Below, one piece after another: positions 62,606 to 64,000 of a DNA stretch of 64,000 nt (positions within the stretch are counted from its first letter, which is position 1; every line of letters begins with the position of its first letter). The translations under genes were made by a program, and so were the position numbers. The notes under the pieces are model-generated. The model had not been told where the DNA came from. It did no database searches and saw only the letters and a program-made list of their open reading frames with translations. Origin of the DNA: Alphaproteobacteria bacterium (GTDB lineage: Bacteria > Pseudomonadota > Alphaproteobacteria > UBA828); the NCBI GenBank assembly GCA_965221125.1, contig CBDCRW010000001.1, positions 1-64,000 of the forward strand, written 5' to 3'.

Positions 62606-63577
62606 ATGGAAGCCGTGACCTGGTTCGTGCTCGTGATCGACGCGACGCTCCGCGTCTCCACGCCGCTGATCCTCGCCGCCTTCGCCGGCATGTTCGCCGA
62701 GCGCTCCGGCGTGGTCGACATCGGGCTCGAAGGCAAGATGCTGGGCGCGGCCTTCGCCGCCGCCGCGGCCGCCTACGTCAGCGGCTCGGCCTGGGTCGGC
62801 CTGCTCGCAGGCATCGGCACCTCCGTGGCGCTCGCCATGGTGCACGCCTTCGCCTGCGTCACCCACCGGGGCGACCAGGTGGTCTCCGGCATGGCGCTCA
62901 ACATCCTGGTGGCGGGGCTCGGCCCCGTGCTTTCGCTCGCCTGGTTCGGCCAAGGCGGGCACTCGCCGCTGGTGGGCGATACGGCGCGCTTCCGCCCGAT
63001 CCACTTCCCCTTCGCCGACCGGCTGAGCGACGTGCCCTTCCTCGCCCAGATCTATTCGGAAATCGTGAGCGGCCACAACCTGATCGTCTACCTCGCGCTC
63101 GGCATGGTGCCGCTGGCCGCGTGGTTCATCTACAAGACCCGCTTCGGGCTGAGGCTCCGCGCCGTCGGCGAGGCGCCGGCGGCGGTGGACACGGCCGGCA
63201 TCTCGGTCGCCGGCATGCGCTATCGGGCGATGATCGTCTGCGGCATTCTGTGCGGCGTCGCCGGCACCTCGATCTCCATCGCCCAGAACGCGCTCTTCGT
63301 GCGCGACATGACGGCGGGCATGGGCTACCTCGCGCTGGCCGCGCTCATCTTCGGCAAGTGGCGCCCGGTGCCGACGCTCTTCGCCTGCTTCCTCTTCGCC
63401 TTCGCCGACGCGGTGCAGGCGCGGCTGCAGGGCGTGGACATCCCCGGCGTCGGCGTGATTCCGGTGCAGGCGATCCAGGCGCTGCCCTACCTGCTCACGG
63501 TGCTGCTGCTCGCGGGCTTCGTCGGCAAGGCGGTGCCGCCCAAGGCAAGCGGCGTGCCCTACGTGAAGGAGCGGTAA
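62606..63577 (+). CDS. nucleoside ABC permease 2
   Basis: ERSGVVDIGLEG, DQVVSG, GLRLRAVGE, ALAALIFGKW.P, LPY. Confidence 0.9.
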   Translation: MEAVTWFVLVIDATLRVSTPLILAAFAGMFAERSGVVDIGLEGKMLGAAFAAAAAAYVSGSAWVGLLAGIGTSVALAMVHAFACVTHRGDQVVSGMALNILVAGLGPVLSLAWFGQGGHSPLVGDTARFRPIHFPFADRLSDVPFLAQIYSEIVSGHNLIVYLALGMVPLAAWFIYKTRFGLRLRAVGEAPAAVDTAGISVAGMRYRAMIVCGILCGVAGTSISIAQNALFVRDMTAGMGYLALAALIFGKWRPVPTLFACFLFAFADAVQARLQGVDIPGVGVIPVQAIQALPYLLTVLLLAGFVGKAVPPKASGVPYVKER

Positions 63578-63630
63578 CCCGCATTCCTCACCAAGATTAC
63601 GCAGACCGTAACCCTGGTGAGAAATGCGGG
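63578..63630. repeat. 53-bp palindromic REP/MITE-like element between convergent genes (may act as terminator)
   Basis: 24-bp arms CCCGCATTCCTCACCAAGATTACG / CGTAACCCTGGTGAGAAATGCGGG, 21 of 24 complementary, 5-nt loop. Confidence 0.7.
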
Positions 63631-63638
63631 CCAGACCG

Positions 63639-64000
63639 TCAACCGAAGTCGGGCATCGTCGCGACGGCGCTCTCGCGTTGGTCGATGGCGGCGTGCCAGC
63701 GGGCGATGTTGGCGCGGGGCGCGAGCAGGTCCGCGCCCTCCGGCGTCATCTGCAGGTAGTGCAGCACGGGCAGCACCATGTAGTCGGCAATGGACGCGTC
63801 GTCGCCGGCGAAGTGCGCCTGGCCCTCCAGCGCGCCGTCGAGCGCATTGAGCGCCTTGTCGGACTTGGGCACGCTGCTCGCGACCAGCGCCTCGTCGGGC
63901 TCGCCGCCCTGCGCGGGCACGATCAGGCGCTGCAGCACGATGTCGATCGCCGGCCGGTAGAGGTACTGGATGAAGACCGACGTCCACTGCCAGCAGCGGG
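63639..64000 (-). CDS. glutathione S-transferase family protein (3' part; runs off the window)
   Basis: LDGALEGQAHFAGD..SIADY..LP, NIARW....RES C-terminal GST pattern. Confidence 0.75.
   Translation of the reverse strand, partial: RCWQWTSVFIQYLYRPAIDIVLQRLIVPAQGGEPDEALVASSVPKSDKALNALDGALEGQAHFAGDDASIADYMVLPVLHYLQMTPEGADLLAPRANIARWHAAIDQRESAVATMPDFG

Overview
High-GC (roughly 70% by eye) bacterial chromosomal segment, most likely Alphaproteobacteria. The lineage call is an inference from conserved gene orders: gyrA-coaD-queA-tgt, gltD-gltB, uppP/NDUFA9-like/short RNase D, trpD-trpC-moaC-moeA, and divergent yggS/thiE-like. The window holds about 53 CDS and one tRNA-Ser(GCT). Housekeeping blocks alternate with catabolic and uptake modules: two molybdenum-hydroxylase operons, three ABC importers (Liv-type, Opp/Dpp-type, BMP nucleoside-type) and several orphan enzymes. 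I found no CRISPR array, rRNA, transposase, integrase or recognisable transcription-factor gene. The most unusual items are: (1) a lower-GC GT2 glycosyltransferase next to an orphan wzt, carrying about 20 tandem 21-bp units that encode a 140-aa acid-free Arg/Lys heptad rod, with the -1 frame reading as a stop-interrupted GEAAQKA repeat; (2) a secreted FG-GAP/ASPIC-UnbV protein fused to a vanadium-haloperoxidase-like domain; (3) an NCS2 permease with degenerate substrate residues fused to an RsbW-like pseudo-kinase tail; (4) an Opp operon with an embedded Ntn-Cys hydrolase, a degenerate ATPase and a lysine-free acetoacetate-decarboxylase-fold neighbour. All family calls come from motif recognition by eye; no database search was run.
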